A DNA stretch of 64,000 nucleotides. Source: an uncultured delta proteobacterium (GTDB lineage: Bacteria > Myxococcota_A > Polyangia > Polyangiales > B10-G4). This document shows positions 39,858 through 48,986 of the stretch, one piece after another (position 1 is the stretch's first letter; each line of letters starts with the position of its first letter). The translations under genes were made by a program, and so were the position numbers. The DNA lies in NCBI GenBank assembly GCA_963727445.1, contig CAVSGI010000015.1, positions 64,001 through 128,000 of the forward strand. The letters are read 5' to 3'. The notes under the pieces are model-generated. The model did not search any database. It worked only from the letters and a program-made list of their open reading frames with translations, and had not been told where the DNA came from.

Positions 39858-41936
39858 ATGGCCGAGATCGACACCGGCGCGCTGCTCGGGCGGAGGATCG
39901 ATGGACGCTATCGTCTGAGGAGCGTGCTCGGCGCGGGCGGGATGGGCGCGGTCTTCGAAGCCGAGGACGAACGCACGGGGACCATCGTCGCCCTCAAGCT
40001 GCTGCTCCCCGAGCTCGCCGGTGAGGCGGCGTACCTGGCGCGCTTCCAGCGCGAGACCGAGGTGATGAGCCTGCTGGCACATCCCCACGTCGTGCGTGCG
40101 CTCGACTCGGGCCTCGAAGACGACGGCATGCCCTGGCTGGTGATGGAGCGCGCCCCAGGTGAGTCGCTCGCGCAGCTCCTTCGGCGCGACGAGACGCTCT
40201 CGGTCGGTCGCGCGGTCGCGATCGTGCGTCAGATCGTAGCGGCGGTGGGCGCGGCGCACGAAGTGGGCATCGTGCATCGCGACCTCAAGCCCGCAAACGT
40301 GATGATCGACGGCGCGGGAGACGCGCTGCACGCGAAGGTCCTCGACTTCGGGATCGCGCGCTTCGTGCACAGCCCCACCTATCAGAGGCTGACCGTCACC
40401 GGTCACGTCGTCGGGACGCCGGCCTACATGGCGCCGGAGCAGGCCTTCGGCGAGCGCGTCGGTCCCGCGGCGGACGTCTACGCCATCGGTGCCATCCTGC
40501 AGGCGCTGCTCACCGGCGAGCCTCCCTATGGACGCGGTCCGATGCAGGAGGTTCTCCCACGATTGATGAGCGGTGACCGGACGTCCCTGACGCGCACCCA
40601 CCGCGAGCTCGGCCCGATCGTCGACGTCATCGAGCGTTGCCTCTCCCGCGAGCCCGAGCAACGGTACGCGAGCGCCGAGGAGCTGGACGCCGCGCTCGCG
40701 CCTTTCGACCAGCCACGAACCCTCGTTCGGAAGTGGACGCGTCCGCCGACGCTCCAGTCTCTCGTCCTGCCCCCGGATCCGGAGCTCGATGCGCCCGGTC
40801 GACGACGCCGGCGCTCACCTCGACCCGCGACGGCCGCTGCGATGCCGCCCGTCACTCGACAGGGCGCGACGCCCGGGGCCACGGCCACGGTCACGACGGA
40901 GAATCCAACGCCTCGACGTCTGCGCATGCCGGCGATGGTGCTGGCGGCGGTGATCGGCATCGCTGGCGGAGCGGGCCTGGTGGCGATCGCCATGACGGCG
41001 CTTCGAGGCTCGGATGATCGGAGCGAAGCGGCGAGCGAGCGGCTCACCGAGCCGGCGCCGACGCCCCCGATCCTACTCGACGCCTCTTCCGCCGAGGACG
41101 CTTCGGATGAGGGCGCGGCGCAGGCGTCAGCGGCGCCCGACCCTTCCACCGCGCCTTCATCGGATCATGCCGTTGCGACGGCTCGCGCGGAAGCGCGCAC
41201 CGCGCATGCACCCTCGACTCCACCCGAACCGCCCGCGGCGGCCGCCCACACCTATCGCTTCGTCCTCGCCGAAACGCACGTCGCCCCGAGCCGGCTGCGT
41301 CCGAGCTTGACCGCCGTCGCACGTCACCTCGACCGATGTCTACGCGGTGGGCCGCGCTGGGTGTTCGATGTCCACGTCTATCCAGATGACGCGATGATGA
41401 TGCACGACTACGGCGACCTCCCGCAGGGGCCGACGTTCGACTGCATCAACGTGGCGACCGTCGCCAACACGCCCCCACACGGCCCCGTCGGGGATTGGTC
41501 GCTTCGCTACCGCTTGACGGTCGAAACGGTCCCCGAAGGTGAGGGGGCGGTCGCCGTCGTCGACCAGACCGATTGGTCGTCGCGCGCGCAGGTTTCGCAT
41601 CCGAGGCTCCGCGTGACGGCGGAGGTGACCGAAGGGAAGTCCATGCTGCCGGAGGTTCGCGCCGTCATCTCCACGCGCGTGGACACGTTCAGGACGTGCC
41701 TCGAGCTGCTGGAGAACGTGTCGCCGCCGCCTCCCTACAGCGGAGAGTTCGGCTGGACCCACATCAACGGGATGATCTCCCGTGACTACCACCCGCCCGA
41801 CGGTACGCCCAATGGGATCGCCAATTGCCTCGGGTCGCTCTCGACCATACGGCCGATCGTGCCCGCCTCGGTCGGCCACGTCACCGTTCGCTTTCGCGCC
41901 GTCGCGGCCGATCGCACGACGGTCGAGGTTCGCTGA
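39858..41936 (+). CDS. Transmembrane Ser/Thr protein kinase
   Basis: LGAGGMGAV, VALK, HRDLKPAN, DFG and GTPAYMAPE, then a TM and an extracytoplasmic domain. Confidence 0.95.
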   Translation: MAEIDTGALLGRRIDGRYRLRSVLGAGGMGAVFEAEDERTGTIVALKLLLPELAGEAAYLARFQRETEVMSLLAHPHVVRALDSGLEDDGMPWLVMERAPGESLAQLLRRDETLSVGRAVAIVRQIVAAVGAAHEVGIVHRDLKPANVMIDGAGDALHAKVLDFGIARFVHSPTYQRLTVTGHVVGTPAYMAPEQAFGERVGPAADVYAIGAILQALLTGEPPYGRGPMQEVLPRLMSGDRTSLTRTHRELGPIVDVIERCLSREPEQRYASAEELDAALAPFDQPRTLVRKWTRPPTLQSLVLPPDPELDAPGRRRRRSPRPATAAAMPPVTRQGATPGATATVTTENPTPRRLRMPAMVLAAVIGIAGGAGLVAIAMTALRGSDDRSEAASERLTEPAPTPPILLDASSAEDASDEGAAQASAAPDPSTAPSSDHAVATARAEARTAHAPSTPPEPPAAAAHTYRFVLAETHVAPSRLRPSLTAVARHLDRCLRGGPRWVFDVHVYPDDAMMMHDYGDLPQGPTFDCINVATVANTPPHGPVGDWSLRYRLTVETVPEGEGAVAVVDQTDWSSRAQVSHPRLRVTAEVTEGKSMLPEVRAVISTRVDTFRTCLELLENVSPPPPYSGEFGWTHINGMISRDYHPPDGTPNGIANCLGSLSTIRPIVPASVGHVTVRFRAVAADRTTVEVR

Positions 41937-41981
41937 CACACGCGACTTGCAGGCCTCGGCGAGCAGGGGCATCGTCAGCCC

Positions 41982-43034
41982 ATGCATGCTTCATCTTCGA
42001 TCGCCGCTTCGATCGCCGCCTGCCTCCTCTCCCTGCTCGTCCTGACAGCCTGCGGCGGTGATGACACCGCCCCCGCCGATTCGGGCACCACGGCGGATTC
42101 GAGCGCCATGCCGGATGGAAGCAGCAGCGATTCGAGCGTCGCCACCGACAGCGCACCGCCCGCCGACAGCGGGACCGCGGATGGGTCGACGCCCGGCAGC
42201 AACATCCAGACCGTCTTCATCGTCGTGATGGAGAACCACAACTGGTCGGACATCTCCGGCTCCTCGTCCGCCCCCTACATCAACTCGCTCCTCGACGAGG
42301 GCGCGCACTCCGAGAACTACTTCAACGCACCAGGCGTTCATCCCAGCGAGCCCAACTACATCTGGATGGAGGCGGGCACCGACTTCGGCATCGACGACGA
42401 CGCCAATCCCGACGCGAACCACCAGCCCGCCGACACGCCGCACCTCGTCACCATGCTCGAGGACGCCGGCGTCACGTGGCGCTCCTATCAGGAAGGGATC
42501 ACCGGCGACGACTGTCCGCTCTCGGGCCGCGGCCTCTACGCACCGAAGCACAACCCGATGATCTATTTCGACGACGTCACGGACGGCAACAGCACGACGG
42601 CCACGCGTTGCATCGAGCACGTGCGCCCGTACAGCGAGCTGGCGGACGACCTGGCGGCCGGGACCGCGGCGCAATACAACTTCGTGACGCCCGACCTCTG
42701 CCACGACATGCACAACTCGTCCGGATGCGACTCGTCGGACTCGGTCAAGAACGGCGACGACTGGCTCGCGGCCGAGCTGCCCGCGATGATCGACTATGTG
42801 AACGCGCACGACGGCGTCGTCTTCGTGACCTGGGACGAGAGCGAAGGCGGTGACCACCCGATCGGGATGATCGCTCTCGGCCCCTTCGCCCGCGTGGGCT
42901 TCACGGAGTCGACGACCCACTACACCCACGGCTCGCTCCTGCGCAGCGTGCAGGAGATCTTCGCGGTGACGCCCTACTTGAACGACGCGGCCGACCAGGA
43001 GTCGCTCGCGAACCTCTTCACGGCGTTTCCCTGA
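41982..43034 (+). CDS. Phosphoesterase family (acid phosphatase/PLC-like) lipoprotein
   Basis: Lipobox LTAC, VFIVVMENH, HPSEPNY, YAPKHNP, DLCHDMH, VTWDE and YTHGSLL. Confidence 0.9.
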   Translation: MHASSSIAASIAACLLSLLVLTACGGDDTAPADSGTTADSSAMPDGSSSDSSVATDSAPPADSGTADGSTPGSNIQTVFIVVMENHNWSDISGSSSAPYINSLLDEGAHSENYFNAPGVHPSEPNYIWMEAGTDFGIDDDANPDANHQPADTPHLVTMLEDAGVTWRSYQEGITGDDCPLSGRGLYAPKHNPMIYFDDVTDGNSTTATRCIEHVRPYSELADDLAAGTAAQYNFVTPDLCHDMHNSSGCDSSDSVKNGDDWLAAELPAMIDYVNAHDGVVFVTWDESEGGDHPIGMIALGPFARVGFTESTTHYTHGSLLRSVQEIFAVTPYLNDAADQESLANLFTAFP

Positions 43035-43052
43035 GGGGGGGCTGGCGCGGCT

Positions 43053-43871
43053 TCAACGGCAACCGCCGTAGGTGGTGGAGCCGACGGTCGCAGTAGGTGT
43101 GCACGTGGTTCCACCCGCGCAATCGCCGGCCCCGACGACACAGTAGGGCACGCAGAGCCCGGACACGCAGGTCAAACCAGCAACGCATTGGCGAGCGGAG
43201 GTGCAGGCAGTGCCTGTGGTTCGCGTGCCGGTGGCAATACAGAACGTCGCCTGGACCGATGCGCCATCCTCCCATCGAGTCTCCGAGATGAGCCGGCACG
43301 CCAGGTCGGGGCTCGGGCAGGACATCGGATCCCTGGGGTCACATGGGTGAGTGCAGACGCCCGTCTGGCTGACGACTGCCGCTCTGACACAACTGCCCGA
43401 TGGGCAGTCTGAGTCCGTCGAGCACCACGGAACGCAAAGGCCGCCGAGCGTCCGCGAGGACCAGAAGCAGGTCAGCGATGCGGCGCACTGCTCCTCGTCG
43501 GTGCACAAGGCGTCAGCGGGGAGTGGCCCAGGCGCGGTGCAGTGGATGCCGAGGGCAGCGGTGTACTGGCACACCTCTCCCGCAGGACAGCCGCACTGAG
43601 GAGGGAGAAGCCGGCACGGGTCGAGGTCACACGAAGCCGCGTCGGCGGGCGACGTGTCGTCGCTCATCGCATCGACCACGATCGCGTCACCGGCGCTCTC
43701 ATCCGGAACGAAGAGCGTGTCGGTCGATGGCGCGTCCATCCGCATCGCCGAATCGAGCGTCGCATCGACCGTGTCTGCATCGGGCGACGGAATGGCTCCG
43801 TCCCGCCGCTCGTGCGGGTCCGCCTCGAGTACGAGCCCACATCCGGCGCAAGCGGAGAGCGCCGCACTCAC
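43053..43871 (-). CDS. Cys-rich lipoprotein, paralog of 39013..39804 (start uncertain)
   Basis: CAGC lipobox, CRLLPPQCGCP, ends YGGCR. The hydrophobic stretch IGVIPVLLI continues in frame upstream of the GTG. Confidence 0.78.
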   Translation of the reverse strand: MSAALSACAGCGLVLEADPHERRDGAIPSPDADTVDATLDSAMRMDAPSTDTLFVPDESAGDAIVVDAMSDDTSPADAASCDLDPCRLLPPQCGCPAGEVCQYTAALGIHCTAPGPLPADALCTDEEQCAASLTCFWSSRTLGGLCVPWCSTDSDCPSGSCVRAAVVSQTGVCTHPCDPRDPMSCPSPDLACRLISETRWEDGASVQATFCIATGTRTTGTACTSARQCVAGLTCVSGLCVPYCVVGAGDCAGGTTCTPTATVGSTTYGGCR

Positions 43872-43953
43872 GATCAGAAGAACAGGGATGACACCAATCT
43901 ACCTCGGGGGAACGTGCGTGCTCAACGGCCCTGGATCTTCCGCCGGCGCCTCG

Positions 43954-44472
43954 CTACTCGATCACCTGGATGCCGAACTCCTCGCGCAGCTCGTCGAGGG
44001 GCCGGTCCATGTACTGCTCGTGATCGCGGAAGGGCCACTTGTGGGTCATGTGTGTGGCGCGCCAGAACGCCTTGGGCGTCGAGGTGGTGGTCTCGGCCAG
44101 CGCCTCCATCATCTGCTCGAAGGTCATGTCTCTGAACATGCTCTGGGTGCCGATGAAATCGAGGTACTTCTTGTAGGTCTTCAAGGTGACGGTGGACCCA
44201 AATATCGACCAGGTGTCCACCAACGCCTCGCCGTGGATCGACGTGTCGCAGCCGAAGAGCACGTGGCAGGTGTCGTGGAAGGTGAAGAGCTCTGCCATCT
44301 CTTCCGAAAGCTGGTCGGCGGTGAAGAGCCCATCGATGGACGCGTAATACTCCTCGAGCCCCTCGCGCAACGTCATCGTGGCCTTCGGGCTCATGTACGC
44401 GAGGTGACGGTGGGGATGAACCTTGGCGGGCGCGTCTTCGTCTTTGTGCCCGTGCTCTTCTTCGGTCGACAT
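43954..44472 (-). CDS. Coq4-like HDxxH protein
   Basis: HDTCHVLFGCDTSIHGEA and C-terminal YMDRPLDELREEFGI. GGAGG RBS. Confidence 0.7.
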   Translation of the reverse strand: MSTEEEHGHKDEDAPAKVHPHRHLAYMSPKATMTLREGLEEYYASIDGLFTADQLSEEMAELFTFHDTCHVLFGCDTSIHGEALVDTWSIFGSTVTLKTYKKYLDFIGTQSMFRDMTFEQMMEALAETTTSTPKAFWRATHMTHKWPFRDHEQYMDRPLDELREEFGIQVIE

Positions 44473-44735
44473 CGGCACCTCCGTGGCTGTGCCGATGCAG
44501 CCACGGCGTAGCGAAGCCCGTCAACCATCCGTGGGTAGGGGTGCACTTTCGTCCTCATCCCGCACGAGAAGTCGTCCGCGGGGCGGGTCGCCGCGCATCG
44601 ACGACCCACCCCGCGCACGTGCACGGTTGGAGAAATAATGGGTTGGGGTGTCTAGAGACTGTCGAATCAATGTCGTATCTCTGACAATGATCGTTCTAGG
44701 ACCGACCGCGCCCTCGTCAATGGGTCTCTACGAGC

Positions 44736-46052
44736 TCAGAGAAGCACGATGTCTTCGACGTCGAGCGCTTCCTGGGCGACGACGCTCTTCGTCTCGTCGT
44801 CGCGGGTCGTGGCCAGGTCGTAGAGCTCGCTCAGGAGCGAGGGATATTCCTTGATCGCCTCTTGGAACTTCTCGCGGCTGAGCTCGAGGGCCACCGTGTG
44901 GTGGGCGGCGGTGACGTCGGCGGTGGCGGGACGGCGGAGCACCAGGCTGATCTCGCCCACGACGTCGCCGGGGCCGAGGTCGACGATCTGGATGCGGTCG
45001 CCCTCGGCGTCGCGGCTGCTCACGGTGACGGTTCCGCTCGCGATGAGAAAGAGGCCGCCCGTCTCCTCGCCCTGCGTCACCAGGCGGTCGCCGGTCGTGA
45101 AGGTGCGGGTCTCGAAGCGATCCATGAGCGCCTGACGGTCGGCGGGATCGACCGAGGCGAGGATGCGGCTGTGACGTACGAGGTTCGCGACCATTCGCGC
45201 CTGACAGAAGCCGCCGAGCTCCTTGCCCAGGTTCGCGTCGCGCTCGGCGAGCTTCTCCAGGGTGTCGCGGGGAAATCGCAGGAGGCGTGTCGCCTCGAGC
45301 GCGCGCACCGAGGCCGCGCGCGGGGCGTCGCTCACCAGCGCCATCTCCCCGAAGAGCGCGCCCGGCCCGAGCGCCGCGAGGCGGACCTCGTCGTCGCCGA
45401 CGATGCGGACCGCTTCGGTCATGCCGCGCACCAACAAGAACGCCGCCTTGCCTTCGGTGCCCTGCTCGATGATGGCTTCGCCTTCGGCGGCGTCGCACAC
45501 CGACGCCGCTTCGAGGAGCCGCGCGAGGGTGCTCGAGGCGAGCGCGGACGAGAGGGGGAGCAGCGGAACCTTGGTGTCGGCGGGGACTGGATCGTCGGTC
45601 TTCAGCCAGGCGCTCAGGGCCTCGTCCGCCCGAGAGAGGAGCGCGTCGCCTTTCAGCTTCGCCAGCGCGGCGTCGACCTCGAGCTCCTGGGGAAGCGGCG
45701 GCGGCGCAGGGCTGGCTTCGGGTGACGCGCGCTTGGAGCCCTTGGCGAAAGCTTTGGCGATGGTGGCGCGAAGCGGATCGCCCTTCTCGCCAGCATCGAC
45801 CGCCAGACAGACAGCCACGGTGGCGCCGCCCATGTCGCCACGCCGCGTGTACGCATCGACGAGACGCTTCAGCGCCTTCACGGCGACGTCCTTGCGATCC
45901 TTCGAGGAGAGGATCTCGGCGAGGAGGGTGACCGCACCGAGATCGCCCGTCTTGTCGAGGGTCACGATCGCCAGGCGAAGCGCGTCATCGGCTTCGCCCG
46001 CGATGTGATGCGCGTACGCCCGGTCGAGGGGCGTTATCACTGAGCCGGCCAT
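44736..46052 (-). CDS. Tandem cyclic-nucleotide-binding domain protein
   Basis: LGPGALFGEMALVSDAPRAASV and LGPGDVVGEISLVLRRPATADV. Confidence 0.92.
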   Translation of the reverse strand: MAGSVITPLDRAYAHHIAGEADDALRLAIVTLDKTGDLGAVTLLAEILSSKDRKDVAVKALKRLVDAYTRRGDMGGATVAVCLAVDAGEKGDPLRATIAKAFAKGSKRASPEASPAPPPLPQELEVDAALAKLKGDALLSRADEALSAWLKTDDPVPADTKVPLLPLSSALASSTLARLLEAASVCDAAEGEAIIEQGTEGKAAFLLVRGMTEAVRIVGDDEVRLAALGPGALFGEMALVSDAPRAASVRALEATRLLRFPRDTLEKLAERDANLGKELGGFCQARMVANLVRHSRILASVDPADRQALMDRFETRTFTTGDRLVTQGEETGGLFLIASGTVTVSSRDAEGDRIQIVDLGPGDVVGEISLVLRRPATADVTAAHHTVALELSREKFQEAIKEYPSLLSELYDLATTRDDETKSVVAQEALDVEDIVLL

Positions 46053-46104
46053 GGGGGAGGGAGGGTAGCGCGGTTTGGGGTCGCAGGGCGGGTGGCCGGA
46101 AAGG

Positions 46105-46375
46105 TTATTTAACGGTCAGGGGGCTGCGCCCCCCCGACACCCCCCGAGGGGGAGGGTCCCCCTCGTCGCCTCGCGCTTCGCGCTCGGCTCTCACGTCTGC
46201 CCGGTCCCTGTGGTTGAGATTGACCCAGACGGTCGAGCTCTGAAATCCCCGGGACCTCTGCGGGCAGCGTTCGCACCCCCTCGCGGGCGCTTCGCGCCCG
46301 GGTCGCGTTGCTTCGCAACGCTCCACTCCGTCCAGGCAACCAGGGCAGGAGCGGAGCGGCCGCTTGGCGCGGCCT
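46105..46375 (-). repeat. Intergenic multi-hairpin (REP/MITE-like) element
   Basis: Three GCGAAGC-loop hairpins, a CTGCCCG/CGGGCAG stem and a terminal G-run GCGCAGCCCCC hairpin with an A-rich tail on the minus strand. Only one copy in the window. Confidence 0.6.
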
Positions 46376-46450
46376 TCGTGGTCGTTGCACTCCCCGGTGT
46401 CGTGAAGCCTTGTGTGCGTCGGGCGTTTGCGACTTTGTCGCTAACGGCCG

Positions 46451-47860
46451 CTATGGCCCCATCATCATCATCGCGGCGGTGCCGACGATGGTGGCGGGGG
46501 CGGCGGTGAAGGGGAAGGCGGCCGAGAGGCCGTCGCGGATGTGCGGGTCGAGGAGGCAGTCGCGGCCCTCGATGCGGGTTCCGTCGCCGTCGATGCAGGC
46601 GGTCACGACGGGCTGGCAGCCAGCCCCGCGGGTCACCTCGAAGGCCTCGAGGCCGTCACCATCGAGGTCGACGTCCGGCGGGGTGGGAGGCAGCACCACG
46701 GCGCCGCCGACGATCAGGTCGGCGAAGCTCGGCGGTGCGTCCCCTTCACAGGCGGGCATGCCGCCGACGATGGGGATGCCGTCGGGGACCGGGAAGGCCG
46801 CGAGCAGGTCGAGGGGGACCGCGCCGCAGAGCAGACCGTCGTCGATGTTGCTGAGCTGGCCGCCCGTCTCGCGCGTGGTGCCGGCGAGGCGACTCTGGCG
46901 GATCTCCAGCGGAAGGATGAAGACCGGGATCGTGATGTCCTCGGGCCCGGCGGCGTACATGCGCATGTCGATCGAGCCCTCGAAGGTGACGGTGGGGTTG
47001 CCGTCCATGTCGAAGAAGGACTCGTCGGCCAGATACTCGCCGGGGGTGCTCGTCTCCATGCCGGGGAGCCAGGCCGCCGTCACGTCCGGGTCGTCGATGC
47101 CGTGGATGTCGTCGAGGCCCCGCATGTTGAGCAGGACCGTGAGGTTGTCCGCGAGGTTGCCCCCGCCGCCGCCCACGGCGCCCAGCACCGCGCCGATGCC
47201 CTCTCCGAACTTGTTGTCCGGCACGCCGTCGCCGCTGTAGTCGCAGCCGACGCCCATGCCAGCCACCATCAGGCTGTCGATCACCATGCTGATCTCGATG
47301 TGACAGTCCGCGGCGCAGCCGTCCCAGGGGTCGGTGTTGCCGTCGTCGCACTGCTCGCCCGCCGCGGTGTCGAGGACGCCGTCCCCGCAACCTTCGAGGA
47401 CGCGGCAATCGGCGGAGCAGCCGTCGCCGTCCATGGTGTTGCCGTCGTCACAGACCTCGCCGGCGGGGATGTCGCGGATGCCGTTGCCGCAGGTCTCGTC
47501 GGACGCGCAGTCGGAGCGGCAACCGTCGCCGGAGGCGTTGTTGCCGTCGTCGCAGACCTCGCCCGGGTCGAGGGCGTTGTCGCCGCAGCGGGCCTCACGG
47601 AAGCACATGGAGTCGCAGCCATCGCCGTCCATCGTGTTGCCGTCGTCGCAGGACTCGCCCGGGCTCAGGCGACCGTCGCCGCAGACGATCGGAACGCTCG
47701 TGTCGGGAGGGGTCGCGTCGCCAGCGTCCGCGTCCCCACCATCGGGCGTATCGGCATCGAAGGAGATGCCGCTGTCGTCGTCGGTGGAATGAGATTCGCC
47801 GCACGCGGCGAGTGAGAACAACAGCGCGATCGCCAGCGCCGAAAAGCCAAGTCGAGTCAT
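46451..47860 (-). CDS. DUF4215 / Myxococcus cysteine-rich repeat lipoprotein
   Basis: Lipobox LAAC and four CG[DN].....GE.CDDGN....DGC...C repeats. Confidence 0.92.
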   Translation of the reverse strand: MTRLGFSALAIALLFSLAACGESHSTDDDSGISFDADTPDGGDADAGDATPPDTSVPIVCGDGRLSPGESCDDGNTMDGDGCDSMCFREARCGDNALDPGEVCDDGNNASGDGCRSDCASDETCGNGIRDIPAGEVCDDGNTMDGDGCSADCRVLEGCGDGVLDTAAGEQCDDGNTDPWDGCAADCHIEISMVIDSLMVAGMGVGCDYSGDGVPDNKFGEGIGAVLGAVGGGGGNLADNLTVLLNMRGLDDIHGIDDPDVTAAWLPGMETSTPGEYLADESFFDMDGNPTVTFEGSIDMRMYAAGPEDITIPVFILPLEIRQSRLAGTTRETGGQLSNIDDGLLCGAVPLDLLAAFPVPDGIPIVGGMPACEGDAPPSFADLIVGGAVVLPPTPPDVDLDGDGLEAFEVTRGAGCQPVVTACIDGDGTRIEGRDCLLDPHIRDGLSAAFPFTAAPATIVGTAAMMMMGP

Positions 47861-48089
47861 CCCTACACCTCCCGCCACACCGTCCAACCCCCAGACCGCG
47901 CGGTGCGTCACTGTACCCGTTTTGCCCACCTGCGCCACAGGGCCGGCGGGATCCTCCCATCGACCCTCCATATCGTGTGAGTGATCGCTCTGTGAGCACG
48001 TTCAGCCACCCTCCGCTCGCCCAACACCAGAGGGGGCCTGAGCCGGGTGGCCAACGCACCATCACGTCTGGTGGTGGCGGTGAGTTCCG

Positions 48090-48827
48090 TCAGTCGCTGA
48101 GGCGGGCCAGGGCGGTGCGGGCGCGCCTCAGCTCCTCGTGGAGCGTCAGGGATTTCGCGACGTCAGCGCTGGCGTTTCGACGGAGGAAGGCGCGCAGGAA
48201 GGTGGCGGCCCGGCCCTGATCTCCGAGCTTGTCGGCGATCATCCCGAGCAGATACTCGCCGTAGCCCTCCCGGCTCTCGCTCGACTCGAGGTCGTCGATG
48301 ATCTCCTCGAGCCCTTCTGGCGCGCCGCCGCTGTCGAGCTCGATGTAGGCCGCATGGGCGACGATGAGGGGCCGGTCCTTCTGGGCCCAACGCTCGGCGC
48401 GGCTCAGGGTGGAGAGCGCGTCCTCCACGTGGCCGGCGAAGTGCTGCAGGGTGGCCAGAGACCAGAGGTGGAAAGAGCGGCGCGAGGCCGGGGCTCGGCG
48501 CCCCGCCAGGCGCTGGTGGTGGATGGCGTCCTCTTCCCGGTCCAGGACCGAGAGCACCCGCGAAAGGTCGTGATGGGCGATATCCGACATCGGCCCGATC
48601 GAGGTCATCTGCCGGGCGACCTTCTCGGCCGCGCCGAAATTCCGCTCCTCGAGGTGCGCGAGATAGAGCTGCCGGAGCAGCAGAACCCGGGTATCAGGTT
48701 CGATGAAGTCGGGCTCGAGGGCGAGCCCGGCCTGCGCGTAGCGGGCGCGCCCCGCCGCGGAATCGGCCGAAAGAGCACGGGAGAGGTAGTCCTCCGGCAG
48801 CTCCCGTGGCTTGGATAGGTCGCTCAC
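48090..48827 (-). CDS. TPR-like helical protein
   Basis: TPR-like periodicity (WSLATLQHFAGHVEDAL, YLLGMIADKLGDQGRA). Start placed at GTG 48827. Confidence 0.75.
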   Translation of the reverse strand: MSDLSKPRELPEDYLSRALSADSAAGRARYAQAGLALEPDFIEPDTRVLLLRQLYLAHLEERNFGAAEKVARQMTSIGPMSDIAHHDLSRVLSVLDREEDAIHHQRLAGRRAPASRRSFHLWSLATLQHFAGHVEDALSTLSRAERWAQKDRPLIVAHAAYIELDSGGAPEGLEEIIDDLESSESREGYGEYLLGMIADKLGDQGRAATFLRAFLRRNASADVAKSLTLHEELRRARTALARLSD

Positions 48828-48858
48828 GTGCGACACCCCTCGCTCCCTGCTTGATACG

Positions 48859-48968
48859 CTTTCCACAGTTGTAGCACAGCGCACGATCGGCGAGGAGCTC
48901 GTTTGATTCCCCGGAGATAGAACGATCTATCCACAGTTTTTCCAGCGCGTTCGGCGGACTGTGGATAT
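48859..48968. promoter_or_regulatory. Cluster of DnaA-box-like 9-mers
   Basis: CTTTCCACA (48859), CTATCCACA (48927) and TGTGGATAT (48960, reverse), each one mismatch from TTWTNCACA. Confidence 0.5.
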
Positions 48969-48986
48969 CGATCCTTCCGGTGGGGC

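Noticed and set aside
44620..44730. Lower-GC intergenic segment with TGTCGAATC/TGTCGTATC repeats, as an sRNA or operator
   Set aside because: The repeats are short and imperfect with no convincing structure or cognate regulator; probably just promoter sequence.
46451..46475. (ATG)4 run giving MMMMGP at the end of the DUF4215 protein
   Set aside because: Too short to support a functional or phase-variation claim.
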